Source of the DNA: Plasmodiophora brassicae
Lineage: Eukaryota
Assembly (NCBI GenBank): GCA_036867785.1
Contig: CP145411.1
Span: 1,364,001-1,428,000, forward strand
Length of the DNA stretch: 64,000 nt
Direction of reading: 5' to 3'
This document shows, in pieces, positions 35,269-47,229 of the stretch (position 1 is the first letter of the stretch; each line of letters starts with the position of its first letter). The notes below the pieces were generated by a model that saw only the letters and a program-made list of their open reading frames with translations, was not told the origin of the DNA and did not search any database. The position numbers were made by a program, and so were the translations under genes.

Positions 35269-35433
35269 AGATTTGTGAAGCTCGAGAGTAGATGACAAGG
35301 TGCAAATCTACTTATGAAAGATTTCAATTAGTGTTAACTGCATCTCGAGATTTGTGAAATCTCGAGAATAGATGGCAAGGTGCGGAATCTACTAGTCTTA
35401 TGAGCGATTGTGAAACTAAGCTGCTTCAGCTTA
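35269..35433. repeat. Diverged direct repeat (about 55-60 bp, two copies) with perfect short hairpins
   Basis: AGATTTGTGAA..CTCGAGA.TAGATG.CAAGGTGC..AATCTACT at 35269 and 35348; 11-bp inverted repeat at 35343-35367. Confidence 0.7.
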
Positions 35434-37059
35434 CACTTTCGTCAAGACGGATTTAATGCAGACAAAGGAACCCCTTTGCTTCTATTGGATTCATGATTGC
35501 CTTGCCAAACGCAGTTCTTCATCTGTCTGCGAAATATGCATCGTGGGATGCAGGAGAATTCCCGTCTACAAACGTTCCCGTTGTATCCCGTATGATTGCA
35601 GGAGCGCTGTCGAAAGGCTTAAAACACGATCATGTATGTATAAGCTCGCGGTTGGAATCTGTAACATATTGCTCTAATGCAAATGATTTTCTTTAAGGAA
35701 ACGATGCTCTGGTGAGTCTTGCAAGTTTGCCGGATACAGTTTTGTTTCGGTGATTTCGCCGCTTCCCTCCAATTCATGAATTCTCATGCTCATAAGTTAC
35801 ACGCAAGAAGTCGGGACACTCTGTTATGCGCGGGGTTCTGACTGAAGGCGATACTGTGGCCATAATGACGGTCTTGAGATTACGAACCTGGAGTACTGCT
35901 TTGTCTGCCCAGTTTCAAGCCATAATCGCTAAGCAACTTTCCATCGCAAATGTGTCGCGGAATTCTTCGCTTATGTCCATATAATCACGGTACGTGATTA
36001 CGTTCATTGTACTCGTTATGCGGGCTACACTGAGAAAGTATACAGTCGGAACTTGACTCGTCAGTCATTGTTTGATGTTCAGCATTAGGCAATATTATTG
36101 CGCATACATACTGTGTCGTATCCTGCCTATTATTCTGCAGTTACCGGTTTCCGTAAAGGTTGTGTCATTTCGGACCCTGTGGATCAGTGCAATCACAACC
36201 GAGTCATTCACTGACCGTACCGATATGGCCTCCTGTAGGTTGTTTACGCTGAGTTGCCTGGGTTCGAGGTTCCCACCAACGCGGTTGGATACCTTCAAGC
36301 TACCGTCTTCCGTCTCGGCGCGCGTATGCTGTCAACAGGTCGCATACACTATGATCATACCACGGGAAAACGAGGCCCAAGAGATCACAGCGTGAAGGAC
36401 AGGCCTGGTGTTCCCACCAGTTCCGTTGAGCTAACAGTACGCGAGTGTCGCGCCGAATTCTAAACCATGAGTGATCTCGTGCATTCACAGGGTTTCGAGT
36501 CGGCGGCGCCACGCCAAACGCCCGGCCTCAGCATTCTTCCTGGACGCTGCGGGTTCAACCGGTTACTGCGACGAACACCTCGCCTGATCTACAGAGAGAT
36601 GCGGGAGGAGGACGGATCCAGTGTCATTACGCGTGCGTTGCGCGCCCAGGTGTGCTGTAATACTTTGCTACTGCTGACACTTTTGCATTTGAGCTGAGTC
36701 GGTACGTCTTCGCGCGTAACGTCCAATATACACATCGCCCCTGCAAGCTTCTAACGGTTATACAGGTGTGTATTAAGGCGAAAGCGCCCACGTCGACGCG
36801 TCAGGTCTACAACGTCCATGTAGGACAGCCGATGTCGCTTATGGGGTGCCGGGGCATCGGACCACTGGTAGGACCGGTCGCTGTCACGAAGTCCCGTCGT
36901 CGGGCATACCTACATAGTACACGTTTTTGGGCAGCGTGGCCCGTTACATGTCGACGACCAGCTGCGTCCATCATTATTATATTGTCGATATATTCGTCGG
37001 GATCGCAATGCGGTTGGTGGTCGCTGTCCGCCGCTGGTAGTGGTGTCGCGGGGGGCATC

Positions 37060-39624
37060 ATGAGGCGGACTGCGGCTCAGGTCGAGCCGCTCCTGGGCGA
37101 CATTGGCGCCGTCGTGCGATCGCACGGCGGCCACTGGGCGCTGCTGGCGGGCGCTACCCTCGTTGTATGCTGGTTCGCCGCCATGCACGACGCCGTGTCC
37201 GGGTCGCGCCTGGCCGCCCGCGGCTACGCCAACTATTGCTCGCTGCATCCGTCGTTCCCCAAGCCCGAGCTCATCCTCGAGTCCGACTGCTCCGATCGCT
37301 TCCGTCTGTATCGGCTCAGGGACGCGCGCGCGCTCACCGTCGACCGACCCGGCCCCGCTCAGTTCGTCATTGTCTTCGTCCCTGGTCATCATGGCCACTT
37401 CACACAAGGCGACCCGCTCGCGTCGTCGGTCAGCGAGGTGTACGCTGCGGATCCGTCCGTTTCCATCGAGGTCTACGGCCTTGATTTCCATGAAGGGTCA
37501 TCGGCGTTCGACGCCAGCGTGGCGTTCTCCGAGATCCAGTTCGTTCGCAAGTGCATTCATCATTTGCTCAAGGCGCATCCGACCGCCGAGTTCGCGATCG
37601 TCGCGCACAGCATGGGCGGGGTCGTCTCTCGGCACGCGGTGGCTCAGGAAGCGGACAACGAGCGCATTCGTCTGCTGCTAACGCTGAACTCGCCGCATCG
37701 AGCACATCCGTTTCTGTCGGATGGCTGGCTGGCCCCGTTGTACGACGAGTTCGCGCACGGCAATGCGACGCTCGTGTCGATTGTCGGCGGCCATCGCGAT
37801 ACGATGGTGCATTCGTCGCTGGGGCTCCTGTCACCCGTCGATGACGCGCATGTTCACCACTTCGGGGATATCATGACCGTCTTTTCGTCCGCGATTCCTC
37901 AGGTCTGGATGGACGTTGATCACGATGCCGCGATGTGGTGCGCTGAGCTGTCCAGGCGGGTCGTTGCCGTTGCCCTTCAGGCCCTGCGCCAACGAGGCGA
38001 TATCCAATCTCGTGTTCGCGTCCTTCGATCCGCGCTACTGGGTCCCTTGTCATTGCCTACTCAGCCACGGTCTGTCCCAAGCCTGCCTGTGGCGCACACG
38101 GATCCTGTAATGTCGGTTAATATGGTCGGCGTGCCGTTCCACTACCCAATGGTGATGATGTCGAGGCACCCATGCGAAACGTTTCTTGGCGAAGGCGTTC
38201 AATGGATTAACGTTCCGGTGCCGTACGTGCATGACCATGAGACGTTGAAGCTTCACGATTTCATTCGTCCGGAACCGGACAATCCGAACGCGTTGCTGCG
38301 ATGTCTGGCGGTCGCTACGCCAGACAACTCGTCGACGATATACCCGGCCGGTGGGTTTGCATCACTTGCCGTCGCTGTGGGCCGGCAGTACAGAACCAGT
38401 CTCTTTTATGGTGGACGCCCTGTTGAAATCCCTCCTGGAACGTCACTTGTCGTCATCGGGTTACCTGTCGCGCCCACGTCTTTTCTCTCTCGAACGCTCT
38501 GGGAGGGCTTAATTCCGTCGGTCACTGTCGTCCATGTGGAACGCGTGTCACGACTGTCGACCACTGCCAATTCAACCATGCTCCCCGAAGCACTCTTCGT
38601 GAGCTGCGAACAGCCCCTGTCTGGCGAACTCCGGTGGTACCACAATGAGAAGCTGACGTCGTCGTGGTACATCTCCATCGCGATGCACCCTGGCATATCT
38701 CGGGCCCTGCTGGCAAGGTTGATCATTTCGCCGCACTTTCAGTACCGCGTATCTGTCGGATTGGACATGTTCGCAACATTGTCAACTGGTGCTCGTCTCT
38801 ATTCCGGTTTTCTGATGCCGTCTTCCCTGATCACGATATGCCTATACCGGCTAGCAGCATTACCTGTTCCGACCGTATCATCGATGGTTGTTCTACCCCT
38901 GACGGCATTCTTCGTTCGCTCCGTACTGCACTCTGCTGAGCCAATTGCGCCAGCCGGCCTGTTTCTGACGACTTTCTCCTTCTGGGTTTGCTACGGCCTG
39001 GTGCTGGTTGTCTCCTTCGTGTTATGCTCATTACGACAGGCGGCGCTTCGGTTAACGTCCTGTGGTCGTGTATTGAAAGGACGCTACTATACGCGGCGGA
39101 AGGTTGCTATCGTGATCAGTTTGCTTGTCCTGTCGTTTGGATTCGGACCATGGACATGCGTCCTTGCCGTATGGATCCGTCTCGCTATCGAATTGTGGCG
39201 CCCGCCCGCATCCCCATCGTCTCGTGTCATGATCGCAGCTGTGTACCTTGTCATCATCCTCCTGAAAATCCCCGCTGGAATGGCCGTGTTCAAGCGTATC
39301 TCGATGAGTGGCGAAGTCGGTGGCGCTTCATGGATCTGGCGTGTGATTTACTTGGGTCCGGGCATTGGCGGCCTCGCAGGCAGTGAATTCCTCCTCGCCG
39401 CCCCCATCCTCTTCCACATGCTTCTGCTGCTGTACACTCCTGGCGCAAAAGTCGAAGCGGAATCCTCCTGGCTTCGCGTTTGCGTATGTCTGGCGTGCGC
39501 GTTCAGCACAGCCACCCACTTGAGAATGTACGAGATCGTCGTCAGCATCAGCGCGCTTTCATACTGTTTCCTGTTCGAAACCTGGGCGCGCAGAATATCC
39601 CCATATCGCAAGGTGCCGAGCTGA
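37060..39624 (+). CDS. PGAP1: GPI inositol-deacylase (PGAP1/Bst1)
   Basis: N-terminal TM, VIVFVPGHHGHFTQ, IVAHSMGGVVSR lipase motif, LTLNSPH, GGHRDTMV, VDHDAAMWC and a multi-TM C-terminus. Confidence 0.88.
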   Translation: MRRTAAQVEPLLGDIGAVVRSHGGHWALLAGATLVVCWFAAMHDAVSGSRLAARGYANYCSLHPSFPKPELILESDCSDRFRLYRLRDARALTVDRPGPAQFVIVFVPGHHGHFTQGDPLASSVSEVYAADPSVSIEVYGLDFHEGSSAFDASVAFSEIQFVRKCIHHLLKAHPTAEFAIVAHSMGGVVSRHAVAQEADNERIRLLLTLNSPHRAHPFLSDGWLAPLYDEFAHGNATLVSIVGGHRDTMVHSSLGLLSPVDDAHVHHFGDIMTVFSSAIPQVWMDVDHDAAMWCAELSRRVVAVALQALRQRGDIQSRVRVLRSALLGPLSLPTQPRSVPSLPVAHTDPVMSVNMVGVPFHYPMVMMSRHPCETFLGEGVQWINVPVPYVHDHETLKLHDFIRPEPDNPNALLRCLAVATPDNSSTIYPAGGFASLAVAVGRQYRTSLFYGGRPVEIPPGTSLVVIGLPVAPTSFLSRTLWEGLIPSVTVVHVERVSRLSTTANSTMLPEALFVSCEQPLSGELRWYHNEKLTSSWYISIAMHPGISRALLARLIISPHFQYRVSVGLDMFATLSTGARLYSGFLMPSSLITICLYRLAALPVPTVSSMVVLPLTAFFVRSVLHSAEPIAPAGLFLTTFSFWVCYGLVLVVSFVLCSLRQAALRLTSCGRVLKGRYYTRRKVAIVISLLVLSFGFGPWTCVLAVWIRLAIELWRPPASPSSRVMIAAVYLVIILLKIPAGMAVFKRISMSGEVGGASWIWRVIYLGPGIGGLAGSEFLLAAPILFHMLLLLYTPGAKVEAESSWLRVCVCLACAFSTATHLRMYEIVVSISALSYCFLFETWARRISPYRKVPS

Positions 39625-39787
39625 TACGCACTTAGACTAAGAACTAAATATATTTATACGCCACTGCCGTGTGTCAGAGTACTGAGCTTATCAGGCCATC
39701 GGTTTCATGTTTCGGTTCGCATCGGCTTCCAACGGGTACCCGATATGATCTCCCCGCTAATCGTAGGCTGCGTTTGGCGTTCGCAGG

Positions 39788-40496
39788 ATGGCGAGCCAGA
39801 CGGTGCCCGTGATCTGGCAAGCACCCAACACGCTATGGCTGGAGTCCGCTGTCGTAGCGGCATCGGTTCTGGCCATCATCGTATATCGATACCGACGCAT
39901 GTTCCGGCCATCCGCGCCAGACTTCGCCAAACGTGCCCTTCTCGACCTACGGGTCCTCGGCGTTTGTCAAATCGTGAGCGCCCGTCGTGTTCCAGCGCAA
40001 ACCCGATCTGACAGATGCGGCTGTATGCCAGGCCTGCGCATCGGTGCTGACGAACCGAGCAACGTACCCGGCCACGACTTCGTTCTTCAGCCCGGAGTCG
40101 GTTAGTAAAGGGTGGTGGGCAGGAGTCCGCGCATGCCTCTTCCTGGTGTCAGGCCTAGCAGCCTGTCAACAAGGTTGGACGTTCCGAGCGACTACCATCG
40201 CGCTGTCACCCGTCTTGCTGGTGCTGGACATGGCCTCCGAGGTCTTCCAGGCGTACGAGCTCGACTGTATCGCTTCCGCTGCGTGCAGTGTCACAGACAC
40301 AACGACCGGCGCCTTGCAACTGTTCATCGTCCGCGACCTAGCGTCCATCGGCACGACGGCCGCTCTCCTGGTCTACGTGATCATTTCCAGCGCCCATCTC
40401 GGCCTCTGCCACAATCGAGTCCTGGTCCTTCCCTCGGAACACAGGCGCCTCGCTTTCCAAGACGACGACGACGACGACGACGTCTTTATAAAATAA
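39788..40496 (+). CDS. Hypothetical multi-pass membrane protein (2 exons)
   Basis: Two ORFs joinable by a GT-AG intron near 39974-40032; several hydrophobic segments; acidic tail. Confidence 0.6.
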
Positions 40497-40662
40497 CTTA
40501 CGAATATCTGGAACAGTCGACCTGCTCAGGAGATGGCTGCTGCAAAGACAGGCCCATGAACAAGGCGCTGCCTCTGTTCGGACGCAAAAATGCAAAATCG
40601 GAACTGCCGTTTTTTTGGCCTCGTTGACGGGGCTACCTTCGTCAAATCCGCCGGGGGCGTCG

Positions 40663-42484
40663 ATGGCGTTCCAGAGACCGGACGGCGCTCGCTGGCCGAC
40701 GCCGGCGTCGTTCGCGGCGGTATCACCGGCGCCATCAACGATCACTGATGCGTCGACGCAGCTGTGGACACCGGTGCCCGCCGGCAAGCAGTTGTCGTTC
40801 GAAGAATACAGCCCGATCGCGCCGGCCGTGCCCCCGTCGCCGTTGCGTCCGCCAGATGCCCCCGCGGCCCCATTGCCGCCTATGCCGACGAACGACAAGC
40901 AGCTGCGGTCGTCGCTGTCGGTCGCTCGCGCTGACTTGAACAACGCCATGCTGCAGATCGAGCACCTGCGCCGGTACATTGTCGACCTCGAACGGGACCG
41001 GGCCGCCTCCCAGCACGCCGCCCCAGGGACCCCCGAGGAATTCGACCGAGAACTGAACCGGCTACGGGAGGCCATCGTGCAGCTGCAGCTGGAACGGATC
41101 AGCATTGAAGCGGATCGGGACAGCAAAGCCAAGGAACTGCTCCGCGTTCGACAAGAACTCGACGAACTTGGCGTCCTTTATCGAGGTTGGTGTCGATCTG
41201 TGTTCGGTCGGCGTCACGAACCCAAGCTTGATTGCCTCAGGGAAGGACCGCGAGCTTCGTCGGCTGCAGGATCTGCACGAGGCGCAGGCGCGGCGCGACA
41301 CGAAGGAGAGGGCGGCCGATGACGACCGCATCAGGGCGCTCGCCGAGCTCGTTACGCGATTACGTAACGGTCTGGCCGTCACGAATGATATGCTGAACAA
41401 CGAACGGCAGCGTTCAGCGCGATTCGAAACCGAGCTGGACGCCTGTCGTGAACTTCATCGGCAGGTCTGGGCGGTGTCACTGACAACGTTTGTCTGGGTG
41501 GCGTCTGATGTTGTGTAGGCGTGCGTCAGTCTGGATCAGTGCCGATCAGATCTGCTGGCGTCGCGGAACGAGGTCGACGAGCTGTTGGCCCAGCTGTCGG
41601 AGATCACAGCGAAACGCAAGGACGTGGTGGGCGATGGAGGCGTCCGTGTTCAGCAGCGACAGCCTGCCCAGTCGGATGCGGTCGTAAATGACGCCACTTC
41701 GACCGATGACCACGCGCGTCCTGCTCGTGCATGTACGCCTACGTTGTCGTCAGTACCGGCGGATGCAGGCCAGCGCAGGGCGGAACCCTCCAGGGCGTCG
41801 GACGCCAATGGGTCCAGGGCAACGGAGCCTTCACCGTCAAGGTCAGCCGGACCTACCGGCAGCGACATACCTGAACCACCACCGGACGTCGACGAACTCG
41901 TCAGAGAGCTCTCCAATGAGGTTAGGCTGACTTGTAAACGTCCATCAGCAGCGTCACCTTTAACTGCGTTTGTAGCGAACGCGAGTCGTTGAGCTGACCG
42001 AAGGACTTGAAAGGGCGAGGCAACGCGAGCAACAGACTGACCGGCTATGCGACTTGCTTCAAAGTGAGATCGAGACCCTGAAGCGCCACATGCCGCGTGA
42101 ACCGTCAACGAGTAAGCGGGGGCATTCCATCATAGTAATTAACGACGAGGTTGACGTCTCGCGTTCGTGCAGGCAGAACTGGGTCGGGCACTGACGATTC
42201 GTCGTCGGGGCTGCTGGATATATGCATGGACGAATGCAGCAAGCTCAAAGATTCGAACGCCGAGTCTGTCTTTGCTCAATGAATGCCATGCGCCAAGTTT
42301 ACCTGGGTGTCGTTGCAGGCTGATGCAAGCATACGAACGTGCGGCTGCCCAATGTACGAGGCAAGCTGAAGAAATCAAGAAGATGAGGGACCTGCTCCAG
42401 GCGTCCCCCGATCGGCGTTCCCGCCGCGTCACGTTTTCCCCGGTACGAAGTGTCGCCAATGTCAGCGTTGCCCAACGATACTGA
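40663..42484 (+). CDS. Hypothetical coiled-coil protein (multi-exon)
   Basis: Pro-rich N-terminus followed by heptad-rich E/R/L segments across successive ORFs separated by intron-like gaps. Confidence 0.65.
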
Positions 42485-42743
42485 TCGTCGGCGGGTAGGT
42501 CATCGAAAGGAACAACTCTGACGTATCGACAGTTGCGAAGTCCTGTCTCGAGACACCGCAGACCGTTCGGTCTGATTCGAGCAGGGTCGTTTCGAGAGTC
42601 TGGCGGTAGTGCACCGGGTCGCCTGTGTACATATATGCGCATCGTGTACATTTATCGTAAAGTCGCCTAATATTCCCAAGCGTCACGTTCACCTATGCAA
42701 GTCCAGTTTGTGGGAGACCGGGGCTCCCGCACACACCGCATCG

Positions 42744-43715
42744 TTATTCCGAACGAGGCGTCACGCTGCCAGCTTCTGCACTCAGCTTCGGTTCGCGTGC
42801 CTCGCCTGACTGGATCCATGCCTCTCTGGTTTGGAGCTCGTCGAACCCGCCAATATGGTGGCCGCTGACAAAGATTTGCGGAACCTTCGTCGACCCAGAA
42901 ACGGCGCGAAGCACCTGGTTCGAGACGTCCTTGCCGACGACTACTTCTGAAAATGACAAGGACCTATTCTTGAGCCACTCCTATACGTCAGACGCGTCAG
43001 ACGATTGCCCATTTCAACGCAGGACATCAACCACAACTTTTGCCGCGTGGGATACTGGGCACGTCGCCTTTGTAAACACGGTGATGTCTGGTTGAAGGAT
43101 CAAAGAAGGGCACAAGTACGCGAGCATCGTATCTGCGTCAGACACCTTCGCGGGTTTCAGACGTATAGGCAGGACGGCCAGGTGATTCGGACGTACCGCA
43201 TACGGGTCACCGACAACGTTCGGTTCGACGAACGCCTTCTCAATTAAGCCGTCGCGAACCAACATTGAGTATCTTCGGGAACGGTGCCCAAGGCCCGCGG
43301 ACGACAGGTCCAGAAGCATGCCCAGTTGCTTGGTGAATTCTCCGTTTCCATCAGGCACCATTACAACGGTATCGTCGTTGCCCTGGTCCTTGCTCCACGC
43401 ATCCAGTACGAATGAATCGTTGACACTGAAATAGGAGAACCCGTCATTTGAATAGGGCACGTCGCGCTGGCAAGACACCGCGGACCTGATACACAGAATC
43501 GCATCCACCCCGTTATCGAAAAAGTGTTGAGCGAGCTCCAGGTACCGTGGGAAGTGGTTGCTCGAGCACGTGGGAGTGAACGCACCAGGAAGTGCGAAGG
43601 CGACGATCGACTGATTGTTGAATAGTTGGTCGGTTCGCACGTCGGTGAACCGACCATCCTTGAAGAACCTGAACGTCGCGTCCGGAACACGCCGACCTTC
43701 CAGTGAAGTCGCCAT
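42744..43715 (-). CDS. Hybrid peroxiredoxin-5/glutaredoxin fusion (bacterial hyPrx5/PGdx type), 4 exons
   Basis: LPGAFTPTCSSNH, SVND, PDGNGEFT, RSRRYSMLV, GDPY/VSDADTML, then a Grx domain FTKATCPVS...VPQIFVSGHHIGG. Confidence 0.93.
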
Positions 43716-43805
43716 CTTCTCGCCTCGCCGCGTAGGCAGCCGTCCAGAAAAATCTATGAATCATTCGGATCGGACACGCAAGGATGTGGCACTGCGAGCA
43801 CTTCA

Positions 43806-44698
43806 TTAGGCAATGAGAAACCCTCCATCGACAGCAATGGTCTGGCCGTGAACCATCCCGGATTGAGGGCTGAGAAGATAGACGACGGCTGATGCAGTGT
43901 CCTCTGTGCAAGTTCGAACTCAGTACCTGTTCTGGCTGTTCGAGAGGCTCAGACCTGGCTCCGCGAACCTCCCCAACGGAGTTCGCTCCATCATCGGCTT
44001 CGCCTTGACAGGATCGCTCCAGGCTCGACGGCCCTAAATGGTTACACTGAGGACATGTGCAGTGACGATTCGAGGTGCCTGCAGCACGTACCATGTCCGT
44101 CATGGTGATCGTCGGTGCAATGCAATTGACCCGAATCCCGTGTTTGCCCAGTTCAAGCGCCATGCAGCGTGACAAGTGCTCCAAGGCCGCCTTGCTCGTG
44201 CAGTAACTGGCATGGTCGCGCAACGGATGGCTCCCACAGATGCTCGAGATATTGACAATGGACCCTCCGCCATCGGTGGCCATCCTTTTGGCCACCGATT
44301 GCGACAACTTCATCACCGCACGAACATTGATCCGGAACGTGCGGTCAAAGTCGTCGATGTCGGTATCGAGAAACGGCGACGTGATCGCGATCCCAGCGCA
44401 ATTCACCAGACCGTACAGTGGAAGGGCGGCGTTAGCTAACCGTCCTGTCAAAGTGCGGAATTGCTCTTCACAACCATCGGTTACCGAGCTTGTCGACCTC
44501 ATCTGTGTTCGACAGATCCGCAACGATCGTCGTAATACCGGGCAGGTGCCGCGCCAGGTCGTGCAGGCCGCCTTCCGACGACGCAGTCGCGACCACGATT
44601 GCGCCTTCCGCCACCAGGCGCTCGCAAATGGCCCGCCCCAGTCCACGTGACGCGCCCGTCACCAGCACGCGACGATCGTGCAACCCCGACGACGACAT
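43806..44698 (-). CDS. Short-chain dehydrogenase/reductase, L-xylulose reductase (DCXR)-like (multi-exon)
   Basis: TGASRGLG, VNCAG, NISS, YCTSK, GIRVNCIAPTITMTDMG...WSDP...VDGG. Confidence 0.88.
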
Positions 44699-45025
44699 CA
44701 ACCAGACCACCACCGCCACCACCACGTACGGCACCACCCGTAGCGCACCCAAATTCCAAATGGCAGCTTCCCAGTCCGTCGCGCCCACCATTGCCGATAG
44801 GCAAAACGTGCCCGCCCTGCTGGGTACGGCCACGAGAATTCGTATTCGACACAATGGGCAGTGCTGCCGATCGTGTCTGCAAGCGCGACGGGACGGTTTA
44901 ACTGCATCAGGTAGCTGTTATAGAGATTTGCGCGGCACGTGCGGGAGGAAGTCCGCACAGGCGTCCATTCCGTCGTGGGAATTCGGTTGAGGTTGGCGTT
45001 TAACAGGTCGCTGGGCGTTGCTGCG

Positions 45026-46288
45026 ATGGTGCGTCGCCGGTCATCGGGCGCGGATGAGCTCTTCGAGGTCGAGAAGATCGTCGGGCAGCGGGCGCGCAAC
45101 GGCCGCGTCGAGTACGAGGTGATAACCAGTCGTCGCCTTTCCGTCGTGGCTCGTGACTCAGTGGCTCGCGTTGTAGGTCAAATGGAAGGGATAGTACGTA
45201 ACGTTGCGCAGCCGTGCGGGAATGGCGTTTGGATCACAGGTGTTTACTAGTGCGAAGAAGTACAATACGTGGGAACCGGCCAAGAACCTGATGTGCCCGA
45301 CGATTCTCGACGAATGGCACGAGAGGCAGAAGAAGGCGTCGATGCCATCCGTGTCGAAGCGTTACGGTGAGTCCGACGCTGACGACGAAAGCGTTGGTTC
45401 TAGTGAAGAGGCAATGCGTCCGAAGAAGTCGACGCCGAAGCGCAGGACGCCTACGTCGGACAAGAAGGCGTCGTCGCACTCGGCCAAGAAGTCGAGAAAG
45501 AAGTCGCTCGAAAAGAAATCACTCAGTGACCTGGAGGACGTAATCGGGGAGGACAGCGATGACGCATGGATTACGGGCAAGAAGTCCAAGGTCCAGGCCG
45601 AGGGCGATTCTGTTGAACCTGTTGCCAAGAAACCAAAGATCTCTGACGTGCGCATGAAGGTCATCAAGTACGTTGGGCCGGATGGCGTCGCGGAAGCGGC
45701 CGAACCTCCTGCCACAGGCGAGGTGGCCGAGGTGACCTCTGGGGAACCGTTTACGAAGGAGAGGGAGGCTCCAGAAGAACGTCCCGCGATTGACGAGGCT
45801 CCCGCCAGCGAGTGCGCTTCGCCTGAAGAGCCTGATTCGACCAGGGACAGTAAGTGGGCGTTCCTATTGCTCCAGTGGACAAACTTAAGGGATCGTCCGT
45901 GATAGCAGACGTTGCTGTGGAGTTCGAAAAGGTGGTCGGGAAGCTTCATGAGCAACTCGTGCACGCGCATGGGGAGGCCGCTCGACTGAACGACGATCTG
46001 CAGAACGAGCGCAAACGTTTGCAGGAAGCCTACGAAACGATTGACCGCCTTGAAAAGGAGGTCCAACAAGAGCGCTCTGAGACCCAACGTCTAACCGATA
46101 TCATTCGTTGCATGACGGATGCGGCCGCGGCCGCTCCTGATGCTCCAGCTCCAAGCAGCCCAGTTGCGGAAGAGGCGTGCCCGTCGATACCCAGTGAGCC
46201 GGCCTTACCCAGTGAGCCGGCCTTACCCAGTGAGCCGGTCTGCGTCGCAGGCCTTGCTTGCTTGGCGACAGCAGAGAATTCTTTGTAA
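45026..46288 (+). CDS. Chromodomain protein with C-terminal coiled coil (multi-exon)
   Basis: FEVEKIVGQRARNGRVEYE/VKWKGY/AKKYNTWEPAKNL with an aromatic cage; K/S-rich hinge; 18-bp PSEPAL repeat near the end. Confidence 0.85.
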
Positions 46289-46409
46289 TATTGTACATTG
46301 AAAGACCAGTCTGATGACGTCATGTATTCGATGCGGGAACGCTGTGTGAGAAGGCAATTCGGAGGAGTCGCCGTGACCGACATCGAATAGCATGTCCCTC
46401 CAGGCTCGA

Positions 46410-47045
46410 TCATGGTTGCCAAGAAGGTTCAGGGCGCCGTTGCGCCTGCTGGCCGCTTGCCGCTTCGGCGACGAACCGCCCGTCGTCGGTGACACCCCTC
46501 TCTGCGACGATGTGATCTGGCATAGACGAGGACGAGGAACTGACGCAACGTATGAAGCTTGAGTTTGTGTTATTGTTGGACAGCTTTCCATTTCGTAAAG
46601 CACTAGTAGGCATATTTGGAGATGCCCATTTCGGCCTGTCGCTTGATTCATCGATGCAATGTAGAGTTGTAGGCGTTGGCGCTACAATACCCTTCCCCGA
46701 AAGACATCTTTCGAGAACGATCTCAAAGACAGCTGCAGGTTGGCCTTTGATACCAGGATGATCGCGCGAGAAGTGTCCCGTTCGACGTCCCCCGAAGTCG
46801 ACGAGTAGAATGTGTATCATCCGGCGAACTTCTGACTGCAGGCTTCGACTGCCCCCTCCTGGGGACTGTGGGCAACCTGGATGGGTACGACTTGGCCATT
46901 CCGGCAACGCGCACGTCACCATGTTTAGTCGCATACTCCACAGGTGAGTGTTTCCCATGGCGGTCAGCAAACGGAGAGAGAGACGCCGCAGATCGGTGCG
47001 TCGATGATCACATCTTCGTGGCCAGCCACGATGCACACGGGACAC
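46410..47045 (-). CDS. Possible hypothetical gene
   Basis: 211-aa ORF probably interrupted by introns; no recognised domain. Confidence 0.3.
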   Translation of the reverse strand: MSRVHRGWPRRCDHRRTDLRRLSLRLLTAMGNTHLWSMRLNMVTCALPEWPSRTHPGCPQSPGGGSRSLQSEVRRMIHILLVDFGGRRTGHFSRDHPGIKGQPAAVFEIVLERCLSGKGIVAPTPTTLHCIDESSDRPKWASPNMPTSALRNGKLSNNNTNSSFIRCVSSSSSSMPDHIVAERGVTDDGRFVAEAASGQQAQRRPEPSWQP

Positions 47046-47229
47046 TCAACCAATACACTAACTTTGAAGGCCCACTTTGATGGCATCATGTATTCCAGTG
47101 CTATGCGGGACCGCTAACAGATAAGTGACATCGGAGGCATTGCTAGCCCCGACCAACGTTTTATAGCACGTCTCTACAAACCTCAATAATGGTGTTGCCA
47201 AGAGCCGGGACCTCCTCGGGTTAGCCGCC

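Noticed and set aside
36766-37059. 98-aa N-terminal extension of PGAP1 in the ORF track
   Set aside because: It starts at GTG and looks like promoter/UTR sequence; the ATG at 37060 precedes the expected N-terminal TM.
42744-43715. Bacterial contamination explaining the hyPrx5 gene
   Set aside because: The gene contains three canonical spliceosomal introns and is embedded among eukaryotic genes.
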